The position numbers and the translations under genes are program-made. Below are positions 45,112 through 53,478 of a DNA stretch of 64,000 nucleotides, one piece after another; positions within the stretch are counted from its first letter, which is position 1; every line of letters begins with the position of its first letter. The DNA comes from an uncultured Solirubrobacterales bacterium (GTDB taxonomy: Bacteria > Actinomycetota > Thermoleophilia > Solirubrobacterales > Solirubrobacteraceae). The stretch lies in assembly GCA_963757235.1 (NCBI GenBank), contig CAVWRC010000010.1:218009-282008 (forward strand), in the 5' to 3' direction. Below the pieces are notes generated by a model. That model searched no databases and was not told the origin of the DNA. It was given only the letters and a program-made list of their open reading frames with translations.

Positions 45112-45591
45112 ATGACCAGGACTAACCTTCCGCTGGTGGCGACGCAAACGGAGACCGACTGGGCCGAGCACGCTCGGACCGTGCTTCAGCGCGCCGGCCA
45201 CCATCGCGGCGCCGCGCGCGACAAGCTCATCGACCTGCTGTCCCGCCACGACTGCGCGCTCAGCGCGCTCGAGATCGAGGACGCCCTCGGTCGCGGCCGG
45301 CGCGGCGAGCGGTCGGTGGGGCGGGCCAGCATCTACCGGACCCTCGAGTTGCTGTACGCCCACGACCTGGTCAATCGCGTCGACGTCGGCGACGGGATCG
45401 CCCGCTATGAGACGGCCGACCCGGCCGGTCAGCATCACCACCATCACCTCCTCTGCGACCAGTGCGGCAAGCTCGTGCCGTTCCACGACCCCGCCCTGGA
45501 GCGCTCCATCGACCAGCTCTCGACCCGGCTCGGCTTTCGCACGACCGACCACGAGGTCACCCTGCGCGGGGACTGCCCTGACTGCAGCTAA
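45112..45591 (+). CDS. Fur-family metalloregulator (Zur-like)
   Basis: ASIYRTLELL, HHHHLLCDQCG, C-terminal CPDC. Confidence 0.9.
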   Translation: MTRTNLPLVATQTETDWAEHARTVLQRAGHHRGAARDKLIDLLSRHDCALSALEIEDALGRGRRGERSVGRASIYRTLELLYAHDLVNRVDVGDGIARYETADPAGQHHHHHLLCDQCGKLVPFHDPALERSIDQLSTRLGFRTTDHEVTLRGDCPDCS

Positions 45592-45638
45592 GCGTCCCTC
45601 CGGGAATGATTGGCGGCTTTGACGGCGCCTGAACGCGC

Positions 45639-45700
45639 CTGGGGCCTCCCGCTCGCCCTCACGTACCACCAGTACGATCGGGGCGAGCGGGAGGCCCCAG
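45639..45700. repeat. perfect 20-bp inverted repeat hairpin
   Basis: ctggggcctcccgctcgccc / gggcgagcgggaggccccag with inner cgtac/gtacg stem. Confidence 0.85.
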
Positions 45701-45759
45701 ACACGCCCAGTCACTCGTCAAATTCCACCACTAATTCCCGGACGAACGCTAAGCGTCCC

Positions 45760-46044
45760 AATGGGCGGGCGGGTCCCGATCGTGAGGAGCGGATCCTGGC
45801 CCGGGTGCAGGCGATCCCGGAGGGATTTGTCCGCACCTACGGCGATGTCTCGCCCGGCGCGCCCCGCATCGCCGGCGCGGTCTTGCACAACAACGACGAT
45901 CCGGCCATCCGATGGCACCGCGTGGTCCGAGCCGACGGGTCGCTGGCCAAGGGGGATGAGCAGCGCCGGCGGCTCGAAGCCGAGGGCGTCCCGTTCCGCG
46001 GTTCGCGCGTCGACATGCGGGCGGCTCGCATCCCCGAGTTCTGA
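45760..46044 (+). CDS. alkyltransferase-like protein (MGMT/ATL family), start unresolved
   Basis: IPEGFVRTYGDV, PRIAG, IRWHRVVRADG (W in place of the catalytic C), QRRRLEAEGV. Confidence 0.8.
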   Translation, partial: NGRAGPDREERILARVQAIPEGFVRTYGDVSPGAPRIAGAVLHNNDDPAIRWHRVVRADGSLAKGDEQRRRLEAEGVPFRGSRVDMRAARIPEF

Positions 46045-46469
46045 TGTGGCTTCAACGGGAAATTGGGTTCGGCGCGCGGTCGCGGGGGTTCCATCTCGTC
46101 ACCCGCGAGGTGCTGGACGCGCTGCCCGAGATCGGCGGCGTCGGGGTCGGGCTGCTCCATCTCCTGATCCAGCACACTTCGGCGTCGCTCGCGCTCAACG
46201 AGAACGCCTCGCCGGACGTGCGACGCGACTTCGAGACGTACTTCAACGAGGTCGTCCCCGAGGACGCGCGGTACTGGACGCACACGCTCGAGGGCTCCGA
46301 CGACATGCCGGCGCACATCAAGGCCGCGCTCCTCGGGCCGTCGCTGACGGTTCCGGTGACGAGAGGCGAGCTCGCCCTCGGCACGTGGCAGGGGATCTAC
46401 CTGTGCGAGCACCGCAACCGCGGCGGGTCGCGGCTTGTGGTCGCGACGCTGCACGGCGAGCCCGACTAG
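46044..46469 (+). CDS. YjbQ/UPF0047 family protein
   Basis: HTSASLALNEN, DDMPAHIK, GTWQGIYLCEH. Confidence 0.92.
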   Translation: MWLQREIGFGARSRGFHLVTREVLDALPEIGGVGVGLLHLLIQHTSASLALNENASPDVRRDFETYFNEVVPEDARYWTHTLEGSDDMPAHIKAALLGPSLTVPVTRGELALGTWQGIYLCEHRNRGGSRLVVATLHGEPD

Positions 46470-46475
46470 GCGCTT

Positions 46476-47255
46476 CTAGCGGCCCTTCCACACCGGGTCG
46501 CGACGCTCGGCGAACGCCGTGGCCCCCTCGCGCGCGTCCTCGGAGTTGAACACCGGCTCGAAGATCTCCCGCTGGCGGTCGAAGTACTCGGCGTCGGGCC
46601 AGTCTGCCGATTCGACCATGATCCGCTTGGTGGCGGCGAGCGCGAGCGGTCCGTTGGCGGCGATCGTCTCCGCGAGTTGGAGCGCTATGTCGAGCGCCTG
46701 ACCCGGGTCGGCGAGCCGGTTGACGAGACCGAGTTCGTGCGCCCGCTCGGCCTCGATCAAGTCGCCGGTCAGCGCGAGCTCCATCGCGACGTTGCGCGGC
46801 ATCGTGCGGGGGAGGCGAAGCAGCGCGCCGCCGGCGGCGACCAGCGAGCGCTTGACCTCGGGGATGCCGAGCCGAGCGCCCTTGGCGGCGACGATCAGGT
46901 CGCACGCGAGCGCCACCTCGAGACCCCCGGCCACGGCGAACCCCTCGATCGCCGCGATCAGCGGCTTGTCGGCGGCCCGCTCGACGATGCCGGCAAAGCC
47001 GCGCCCGGGCACGTGCGGCCGCTCACCGGCGCGGAACGCCTTGAGGTCCATGCCCGAGCAGAAGCCGTTGCCGGCGCCGGTCAGCACGCCGAGCGACAGC
47101 TCCGCGTCGCCGTCGAGATCGTCGAGGGCGGCGGCCACGCCCTCCGCCACCGCGGCGCTAACCGCGTTGCGCTGGTCGGGGCGGTTCAGGGTGATGATCA
47201 GGATGCGGCCGCGACGCTCGGTGATGACCGCGTCGTCGGCGGGCTCGGCACTCAC
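46476..47255 (-). CDS. enoyl-CoA hydratase/crotonase
   Basis: LNRPDQRNA, FCSGMDLK, AGGLEVALACD, GIPEVKR; GTG 47255 overlaps the nucS stop. Confidence 0.92.
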   Translation of the reverse strand: MSAEPADDAVITERRGRILIITLNRPDQRNAVSAAVAEGVAAALDDLDGDAELSLGVLTGAGNGFCSGMDLKAFRAGERPHVPGRGFAGIVERAADKPLIAAIEGFAVAGGLEVALACDLIVAAKGARLGIPEVKRSLVAAGGALLRLPRTMPRNVAMELALTGDLIEAERAHELGLVNRLADPGQALDIALQLAETIAANGPLALAATKRIMVESADWPDAEYFDRQREIFEPVFNSEDAREGATAFAERRDPVWKGR

Positions 47256-47935
47256 GCCGCGAACAATCTCAGATCCGGCTCGCGCTCGCCTCGCAGGACC
47301 GCCAGATCCACCTCGACGCTGTCGATCCCGCGCGCACTCGCCAGCACGCGCGCCTGCGGCTTGATCACCTGCGCGACCAGAATCCCGCGGCAGGCCGCGA
47401 ACGCCGGGTCGAGCCGGATCCGCTCCAGGTAGCGGGTGAGCTGCTCGACGGCCTCGATCCCCGCGACCCGCTTGACCTCGACCGCCACCCATTCGTCGCC
47501 GGCGTCGCGGCACATCAGGTCCACGGGCCCGATGTCGGTCGGCCACTCGCGGCGAACGAGCCGAAGCCCCTCGCCACACCACCCCGGCCGCTCGGCCAGG
47601 AGCTCCTGGAGGTGCGCTTCGACCCCGTCCTTGGCCAGCGCGGCGTCTTCGTCCGGGAGGCCCATGTCGTGGGTCACGTCCGAGAGCACCTCGGCCACGT
47701 CGATCTCGAGCCGATCGGGGTCCTTTCCCGCGCGCTTGCGCACGACGATCTGGGTGGGCGACTCCTCGATCACGGTGGGCGGCGTCATCCAATTCAGCGG
47801 CTTGTAGCCACCGGCGTCGGCGTGGATCAGGACCGACCCGTCGGCCTTGATCATGATCAGCCGCAGCGCCTCGGGGAGCAGGGCGTTGAGGCGTCCGCAG
47901 TAGCGGACCTCGCAGCGGGCGACGATCAGGCGCAC
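47252..47935 (-). CDS. nucS: mismatch-specific endonuclease NucS/EndoMS
   Basis: RLIVARCEVRY, KPLNWM, GVEAHLQELL, GPVDL, AVEVKR, VEQLTRY. Confidence 0.95.
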   Translation of the reverse strand: MRLIVARCEVRYCGRLNALLPEALRLIMIKADGSVLIHADAGGYKPLNWMTPPTVIEESPTQIVVRKRAGKDPDRLEIDVAEVLSDVTHDMGLPDEDAALAKDGVEAHLQELLAERPGWCGEGLRLVRREWPTDIGPVDLMCRDAGDEWVAVEVKRVAGIEAVEQLTRYLERIRLDPAFAACRGILVAQVIKPQARVLASARGIDSVEVDLAVLRGEREPDLRLFAA

Positions 47936-48009
47936 CGACCCACCCTAAGGACTCGGGCGGACGCTTGCAGTCCTCCCAGGGACCCGGCGCAACCGCGTTG
48001 CCAAGGACA

Positions 48010-48043
48010 GCGAGGGCCTCGGTCCCCCGACCGAGGCCCTCGC
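48010..48043 (-). terminator. 15-bp GC hairpin downstream of the propeller gene
   Basis: gcgagggcctcggtc-cccc-gaccgaggccctcgc. Confidence 0.65.
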
Positions 48044-48058
48044 CGGTGGTCCCCCGTG

Positions 48059-49186
48059 TCAGCCGTGACTGAGAACCTGCCCCAGATTGCCCCCAGTGAC
48101 CCCGACGGCCCATTCGTTTGCCGCGCCGGGGAACGTGGCCGCGGCGAACAGCTCGCCGGTGAAAACGCCGCTCGAGTCGACCGACCAGGCGCTGCCGTTC
48201 CAGCGGAGGATCATCGCCTGCTCAGGCCCGCCGTTGACGCTCGGGAGGTTCGTCCCAACCGCGTACACATCGCTCGCCGAACGCGCCGCGACGCCGGTCA
48301 GCGACGGGTAGGCGCCCGGCGTCGGACTCGTGACGATCTTCCAGGCGCTGCCGTTCCATTGCTCGATCAGCGTGCTGCCGCCGGCCGCGCTGGTGGTGCC
48401 GGTGAACTCGCCAACCGCCCATGCGTCGGTCGGCGAGATGGCCGTGATCGACCCGAGCGTGGCGCTCGACTGGCTCGGCGGCTGGGCCGCCGGCACGACC
48501 GACCAGGTGCTCCCGTTGTAGTGGAGCGTCTCGGGGATCGTGGCGTCGGTCGCCGGGTTGATCGAGCTACCCACGACCCAGATGTCGGCGGCCGAGTCGG
48601 CCGAGATCGCGTCGCCCGAGGACGGGGTGAACGCAGGGTCGGGGAGCGTGATCGTGCTCCAAGCGTTTCCGTTCCAGTGCTCGATCAGCCCGCCACTCCC
48701 GCTTTCGCCGACCGCCCAGGCGTTGGTCGGGCTCTCATCGACGACACCGTTCAGGCCGGCGGCGTAGCCCGTGAGCGCGTCCTTCGAATTGACCGACCAG
48801 GCCGAACCGTTCCAATGCTCGATCAGCGTCCCGAAGTCGCGGCGGGCGATCATCGTGAACCCGACCGCCCAGGCGTCGGTCGCGCTGCTCGCGCTGACGG
48901 AGCGCAACGCGCCGTACTCGCCGAGGTTCGGGGTCGGTGTCAGCGACCAGGATGTTCCGGTCCAGTGGTAGGCGACCGCGGGCGCCTGCGGCTGCCCGGC
49001 CCCGACGAACTGCTGCCCGACCGCCCATGCGTCGGTGCTGGTTCGGGCGGCCGCCCCGAGCAGGATGACGTTGTTCCCGGTGGAGGGAACGCTGACCGCC
49101 GTCCATCCGGTTGCGGCGTACGCCGCCATGGCGAGGGCGCCCATGGCGCCGAGTAACGAGGGGATCAGGATGACCAGCTTCTTCAT
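48059..49186 (-). CDS. secreted beta-propeller-like repeat protein
   Basis: Signal peptide; about 7 repeats of AWAVG...(L/I)xHWNGxxW; RBS GGGAG. Confidence 0.8.
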   Translation of the reverse strand: MKKLVILIPSLLGAMGALAMAAYAATGWTAVSVPSTGNNVILLGAAARTSTDAWAVGQQFVGAGQPQAPAVAYHWTGTSWSLTPTPNLGEYGALRSVSASSATDAWAVGFTMIARRDFGTLIEHWNGSAWSVNSKDALTGYAAGLNGVVDESPTNAWAVGESGSGGLIEHWNGNAWSTITLPDPAFTPSSGDAISADSAADIWVVGSSINPATDATIPETLHYNGSTWSVVPAAQPPSQSSATLGSITAISPTDAWAVGEFTGTTSAAGGSTLIEQWNGSAWKIVTSPTPGAYPSLTGVAARSASDVYAVGTNLPSVNGGPEQAMILRWNGSAWSVDSSGVFTGELFAAATFPGAANEWAVGVTGGNLGQVLSHG

Positions 49187-49310
49187 GTCTACTCCCGGCA
49201 GTAGTGGATTTAGCTGCTTGCCCACCGAAGATGCCGTGGGGCCTCGATCCTTCCCGGAGTCGGCGTCCGATTACGAGCTGGTCACGCCCCGCCCTATGAT
49301 CCGGTGCCAC

Positions 49311-49694
49311 ATGCGCCACCAGCTACGACCCCTGTTCGACCGCGTGGTGATCAAAGAGCTCGATCCTGATCGCGTGCGTCGGTCCGGGCTGATCGTTCCG
49401 CCCGGCTCCGAGGAGCCGCCACCCCAGCACGGGATCGTGCTCGCGGTCGGCCCCGGCCTGGACTGGTGGGACCACGTGGGGATCGCGATGCCGGTCCGGC
49501 CCGGCGACCACGTCGTCTTCCCGGCCTCCGCCGGTGTGTGGATCGAGGTCGAGGAGGAGCGCCTGCTCGTCTGCCGCGTGGGCGAGCTGCTGGGTGTGCT
49601 CGAGTCGGTCGAGAACTGCCCCGGATGCGGCGGTAGGCCGCTCGCGGTCGGCGAATCGTGCCCGGTGTGCGGGCGCGAAGGCTCGATCGCCTAA
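49311..49694 (+). CDS. divergent GroES-like co-chaperonin with C-terminal CxxC...CxxC
   Basis: LRPLFDRVVIK, GIVLAVGPG, VRPGDHVVF, then CPGC...CPVC. Confidence 0.8.
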   Translation: MRHQLRPLFDRVVIKELDPDRVRRSGLIVPPGSEEPPPQHGIVLAVGPGLDWWDHVGIAMPVRPGDHVVFPASAGVWIEVEEERLLVCRVGELLGVLESVENCPGCGGRPLAVGESCPVCGREGSIA

Positions 49695-49729
49695 CCCGGC
49701 GGTGGCGAGGGCCGCGATGGTGCGGCTGA

Positions 49730-50983
49730 CTAAGCCGCCGTGCGCTCGGACAGGGAGCGAGGCTGCGCCGCCTGGACCCGCGCCAGGAGGTCGGCGACCT
49801 CCTCGTTCTCGCCCAATGCCAGCGCCCGCTCGCACGCCTCGACGCATTCGCTGAATCGATCGGTGCGCGCGAGCGCGTGGGCGTAGCTCGACCAGGCGCT
49901 CTGTGATTCCGGCTCCAGACGCGTGGCGCCCTCGGCGGCCGAGACCTCGGCGCCGACGTCGCCGGCCAGGTGGTAGGCGAGCGCCAGCGTGAGTAGACCC
50001 TCGACCGTCGGCCCGACCGCCCGGGCCTGCTCGAGCGCCTCGATCGCCCCTGCGCGGTCCATCAGCCTCAGGCGAAGCCGGCCCAGTCGCTCCCAGGCCG
50101 AGGCGTCGGCCGGGGCGCGGGCGGCGGCGCGGGCGGCGGCATCGGCGGCCAGGTCGATCGCCCCCATGTCCTCGTAGATCCGGGCGGCGAAGCGCTCGGG
50201 GGTGGGGCGATCGGCCTCGGCACGTGACCAGTCCCGCACCGCCCGGGCGGCCGCCGGCAGGTTTCCGGCCTGCCAGAAGGCGGTCGTGAGCAGCCGCAGG
50301 ACGACCGGATTGTTCGGCTCGGCGTCGCGCGCGTAGATGAGTCGCTGGGCTGCCAGCGCGGCGTCACCCTCGGCGAGGGCGTGCTGGGCGGCGGTCATGA
50401 AGCGCTGTACGCGATCGGCCGCGGGGTCGGGCTTGGAGAAGTCGACGAACTGGAGCGAGCCGGCCGGGACGGTTCGCACGCCGACCGAGAAGCGAACTCG
50501 CGCCCATTGCTGCACCTCCTCGTCGTCGCCTGAGAAGTAAATGCCGGTCACGGTCCCCACGCCCCATTCGGGATACGAGGTACAGCGCGCGTAGCGGTGG
50601 ACGACCGAGTGATCGGGCACCCGCGAGCCGAACGGGTCGTTCCTGGCGCGGTCCTCGGCGGCGGCGCGCTCGCGCTGCTCGGCCTCGTACGCGCGCCGGC
50701 CGGCCTCCTCTCGTGCCTTGCGCGTGGCCGCCGCCGACACCTTGACCGCGTTGCGCGTGACCCGGCCGCCGCGCGAGGTCTCGGCCAGCTGCTCGAGCTG
50801 ATCGGCCGCCTCGTTGATCGCCTGGAGGTGGCGTTGATGCTCGTGCTGGCGCCCGGGGGGCGCGATATCCGGATGCCAACGCTTGGCCATCCGTCGCCGT
50901 GCGAGCTGGACCGCCCGCTGATCGAACGGCGGCTCGAGCTCGAGGAGGAGGAGGGCTTGCTCAACGTCGAGGATGCGAGGCAT
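49730..50983 (-). CDS. J-domain + Tudor-like + TPR protein
   Basis: AKRWHPD, QAINEAAD; YPEWGVGTV...VRF; C-terminal TPR-like helices. Confidence 0.8.
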   Translation of the reverse strand: MPRILDVEQALLLLELEPPFDQRAVQLARRRMAKRWHPDIAPPGRQHEHQRHLQAINEAADQLEQLAETSRGGRVTRNAVKVSAAATRKAREEAGRRAYEAEQRERAAAEDRARNDPFGSRVPDHSVVHRYARCTSYPEWGVGTVTGIYFSGDDEEVQQWARVRFSVGVRTVPAGSLQFVDFSKPDPAADRVQRFMTAAQHALAEGDAALAAQRLIYARDAEPNNPVVLRLLTTAFWQAGNLPAAARAVRDWSRAEADRPTPERFAARIYEDMGAIDLAADAAARAAARAPADASAWERLGRLRLRLMDRAGAIEALEQARAVGPTVEGLLTLALAYHLAGDVGAEVSAAEGATRLEPESQSAWSSYAHALARTDRFSECVEACERALALGENEEVADLLARVQAAQPRSLSERTAA

Positions 50984-51063
50984 GACCAGATTACGTTAGC
51001 GGCGCTGCCAAGCCGTTTGCGCCGCGAGCGGCCCGTCGGCGCCCGGTGCACGGCGCCGCCCAG

Positions 51064-51088
51064 GACCCGACCCGCAACAAATTAGCTT
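51064..51088 (+). promoter_or_regulatory. third copy of the GACCC-N10-AAWTTAG motif
   Basis: gacccgacccgcaacaaattagctt; 16/22 ungapped identity to the minus-strand arm at 3522-3543. Confidence 0.6.
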
Positions 51089-51130
51089 CATTTGCAGCCA
51101 GGTCGACTGGGTGGACGTAACGTGCCCGTC

Positions 51131-52264
51131 GTGGCGAGCACAGCGGGCAACGGGCGACCCGGCGGCGTGATTACGACGGTGGTCAGCGTCGGGGCGATCG
51201 TGGCCGCAGGCCTGGGCGTCGGTGTACTCGCGCTCCTGACAATCGGACTCGGCCAGGACGATCAATGCCAGGCCCCGGTGGGCGGCGCGGTCACCGGCCC
51301 CGGGGCAGGGATCGCGCTCGGGCCACCGGGCACCGGGCAGCTGGTGGGCGCCACCGAGTACGGCGGCCCCGGCGATCCGAGCAGCGGCGTGATGGGCTCG
51401 TCGGGGGCGAACCTGATCGAGTTCCCCGACAGCTACGCCGAGCTCGGCGGCATCAGTTTTCAGACCGCCACCGCGATGGGCGGGCTGCCCTACCTGACGC
51501 CGCTGCGGATCACCTGGGGGAACCGCTCGGCGATCGCCTACAAGCGCGACATCGGCCGCGGCGGCGGCCCGATCGACGGTCTGCCCCGCGTGCTGGACCT
51601 GTGGTGGGAGTTGGCCGGGCGGCTCGGGATCCCCTACGAGAACGGGTTGTGGTCCGGTCCGGTGCAGATCGAGCGCCCGCCGCCGGCCGGCGCCGGCAAC
51701 CTCCTCGGCCAGAGCGCTGTCAGCACCATCGACGCGAGCGCGTTGATCGCACCGCCGGCCGCGGCGCAGGACCCCGCCGTGTGCGCGCCGGCGGCTGCGC
51801 CGACCGGCGTCCCGATCACCAGCGCCGATCACGCCCAGCTGCTCCCGAACGGCCTCGCCGCCGCGCCGGCGGACGCGCCTCTCGCCGTGCAGGGCATCAT
51901 CGCCGCCGGCAACCAGATCGTCGGCAAGCCGTACGTTTACGGCGGCGGGCACGGGTTGCCGCTGTCGGAGATCGCGCCCGCCTACGACTGTTCGAGCAGC
52001 GTCGAGCACCTTTTGTTCGGGGGCGGACTCCTGCCCGTGACCTACGACGCGGCGTCGGGCACGCTCGAGTCCTTCGGGGCGCCCGGACCCGGCCGGTGGG
52101 TCACGATCTACGCGAGCGCCGACCACGTGTTCATGTACGTGGCCGGCTTGCGCTGGGACACGCACAACGCGGCGGGCCCGGGTGACGGCAGCACCGGGAT
52201 CGGCTGGCATCCGCTGATCCGCAGCTCGGCCGGGTTCGTTGTGCGCCATCCGGTGGGGCTGTGA
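51131..52264 (+). CDS. cell-wall hydrolase: TM anchor + DPBB/RlpA-like + NlpC/P60 (VirB1 analogue)
   Basis: QDDQC after the TM; ATEYGG...KRDIGRG...RVLDLWW; KPYVYGGGH, YDCSSSV, DHVFM. Start at GTG 51131 or TTG 51092. Confidence 0.8.
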   Translation: MASTAGNGRPGGVITTVVSVGAIVAAGLGVGVLALLTIGLGQDDQCQAPVGGAVTGPGAGIALGPPGTGQLVGATEYGGPGDPSSGVMGSSGANLIEFPDSYAELGGISFQTATAMGGLPYLTPLRITWGNRSAIAYKRDIGRGGGPIDGLPRVLDLWWELAGRLGIPYENGLWSGPVQIERPPPAGAGNLLGQSAVSTIDASALIAPPAAAQDPAVCAPAAAPTGVPITSADHAQLLPNGLAAAPADAPLAVQGIIAAGNQIVGKPYVYGGGHGLPLSEIAPAYDCSSSVEHLLFGGGLLPVTYDAASGTLESFGAPGPGRWVTIYASADHVFMYVAGLRWDTHNAAGPGDGSTGIGWHPLIRSSAGFVVRHPVGL

Positions 52265-52806
52265 CGATGCAACGCGGGATCGCTCCCGCGCTGTGCGCGC
52301 TCGCCTGCGCGGGCTGCGCCGGCGCTCACCACAGCAGGTCCTTGCCCCCGAGGCCGTCCCCGCTGGCCCAGGCCACCCACGAGTACCCCTCGCCCGCGCC
52401 GAAACCCCAAACCGGGGCCGGCGGCCTGCCGAGGCCAGTCCAGGCGATCCGCCGTTTCACCACCGCTTACATCAACTGGAACGCGCAGACCGTCGCGGCC
52501 GACATGCGGTCGCTTGCTGCCCAAAGCGTGGGCCAGGCCCGCTCCGCGATGCAGCTCGCGGCCGCCGGGACGATCGGCGACTATGAACTTCAGCGGGGCG
52601 GGGTCGCGAACCAGGGCACCGTCGAGGCGGTCGCGCCGCTGGCCGGCCGCCGCGATCAGTACGTCGTCGTCACGCTCGAGTCGACCACCGCGACCAACAC
52701 GACCGCGTACGAGGGTCTGCTCCCGGCCTGGCACGTGACCCTCGCCACGGTGGCCGAGCAAGCCCCCGGCCAGTGGGTGCTAAGCGGCTGGCAGCCGGAA
52801 AGCTAG
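52261..52806 (+). CDS. lipoprotein, NTF2/VirB8-like (conjugation-associated)
   Basis: ACAGC lipobox; 'IRRFTTAYINW' helix followed by a beta-meander; GTGA coupling to the hydrolase gene. Confidence 0.6.
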   Translation: MTMQRGIAPALCALACAGCAGAHHSRSLPPRPSPLAQATHEYPSPAPKPQTGAGGLPRPVQAIRRFTTAYINWNAQTVAADMRSLAAQSVGQARSAMQLAAAGTIGDYELQRGGVANQGTVEAVAPLAGRRDQYVVVTLESTTATNTTAYEGLLPAWHVTLATVAEQAPGQWVLSGWQPES

Positions 52807-52808
52807 AC

Positions 52809-53231
52809 CTAGACCGGCTGTCCGTTCGCGGTGAGCGTGACCTCGACGTTGCCCCGCGTCGCGTTCGAGTACGGGCAGATCTCGTGAGCCGCCGCGACGA
52901 TCCGCTTGGCCTCCTCGGCGTCGTCGACCTGCGGGAGCGTGACGTCGAGCTCGACGGCGACCGTGTAGGCGTGATCCTCGGTCGTGACCAGGCTGACCTT
53001 GCTGTCGATCGAGGCGTCGCCGACCTCTTTGTGCTCACGCCGGGCCGCGACGCCCAACGCGCCCTCGAAGCACGCCGCGTAACCGACCGCAAACAGCTGC
53101 TCAGGGTTGGTCCCGCCACCCTCGGTGGGCGCCCTCAGCTGAACGTCGAGCTCCCCGTCGCTGCTCCTGCCGTGGCCCTGCTCGCGGCCACCCGTGACCG
53201 TCGCCTCCGCCGTGTAGACAACCTTTGCCAT
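52809..53231 (-). CDS. ohr: organic hydroperoxide resistance protein
   Basis: YTAEATVTGGR, GTNPEQLFAVGYAACF, AHEICPYSNATRGN. Confidence 0.95.
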   Translation of the reverse strand: MAKVVYTAEATVTGGREQGHGRSSDGELDVQLRAPTEGGGTNPEQLFAVGYAACFEGALGVAARREHKEVGDASIDSKVSLVTTEDHAYTVAVELDVTLPQVDDAEEAKRIVAAAHEICPYSNATRGNVEVTLTANGQPV

Positions 53232-53283
53232 CGTCTTCTCCTCAGGAATTCTCGGTTGAGGGCGCAAGCTTACTCACGCCGGC

Positions 53284-53451
53284 TTAGTGAGCGGCGACGT
53301 TCAAGACCACCGCGATCACGAATGACAGCACCGCCGCCGCCCGCAGCAGGAGGCCTGCCCGGTCGCCCGGGCGACCGGTGACCATCCCAACGATCGCCAC
53401 CGTCATGCAGATGACCGCGATCAGCGCGAACCCGGCGGCCGCGGCGCGCAC
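53284..53451 (-). CDS. small two-TM membrane protein
   Basis: RBS AGGAGG 5-6 nt before GTG 53451; hydrophobic hairpin. Confidence 0.6.
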   Translation of the reverse strand: MRAAAAGFALIAVICMTVAIVGMVTGRPGDRAGLLLRAAAVLSFVIAVVLNVAAH

Positions 53452-53478
53452 CGGCGCCCTCCTATCCTGTCCAAAGGC

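Noticed and set aside
45610-45759. N-terminal 50 aa of the 45610-46044 ORF
   Set aside because: Runs through the 20-bp hairpin; the ATL domain begins near 45775, so the start is left unresolved.
49192-49213. CTCCC-N10-GATTTAG as a fourth copy of the T4SS promoter motif
   Set aside because: Both half-sites are degenerate, it overlaps the RBS region of the divergent gene, and it lies about 100 nt from the groES-like start.
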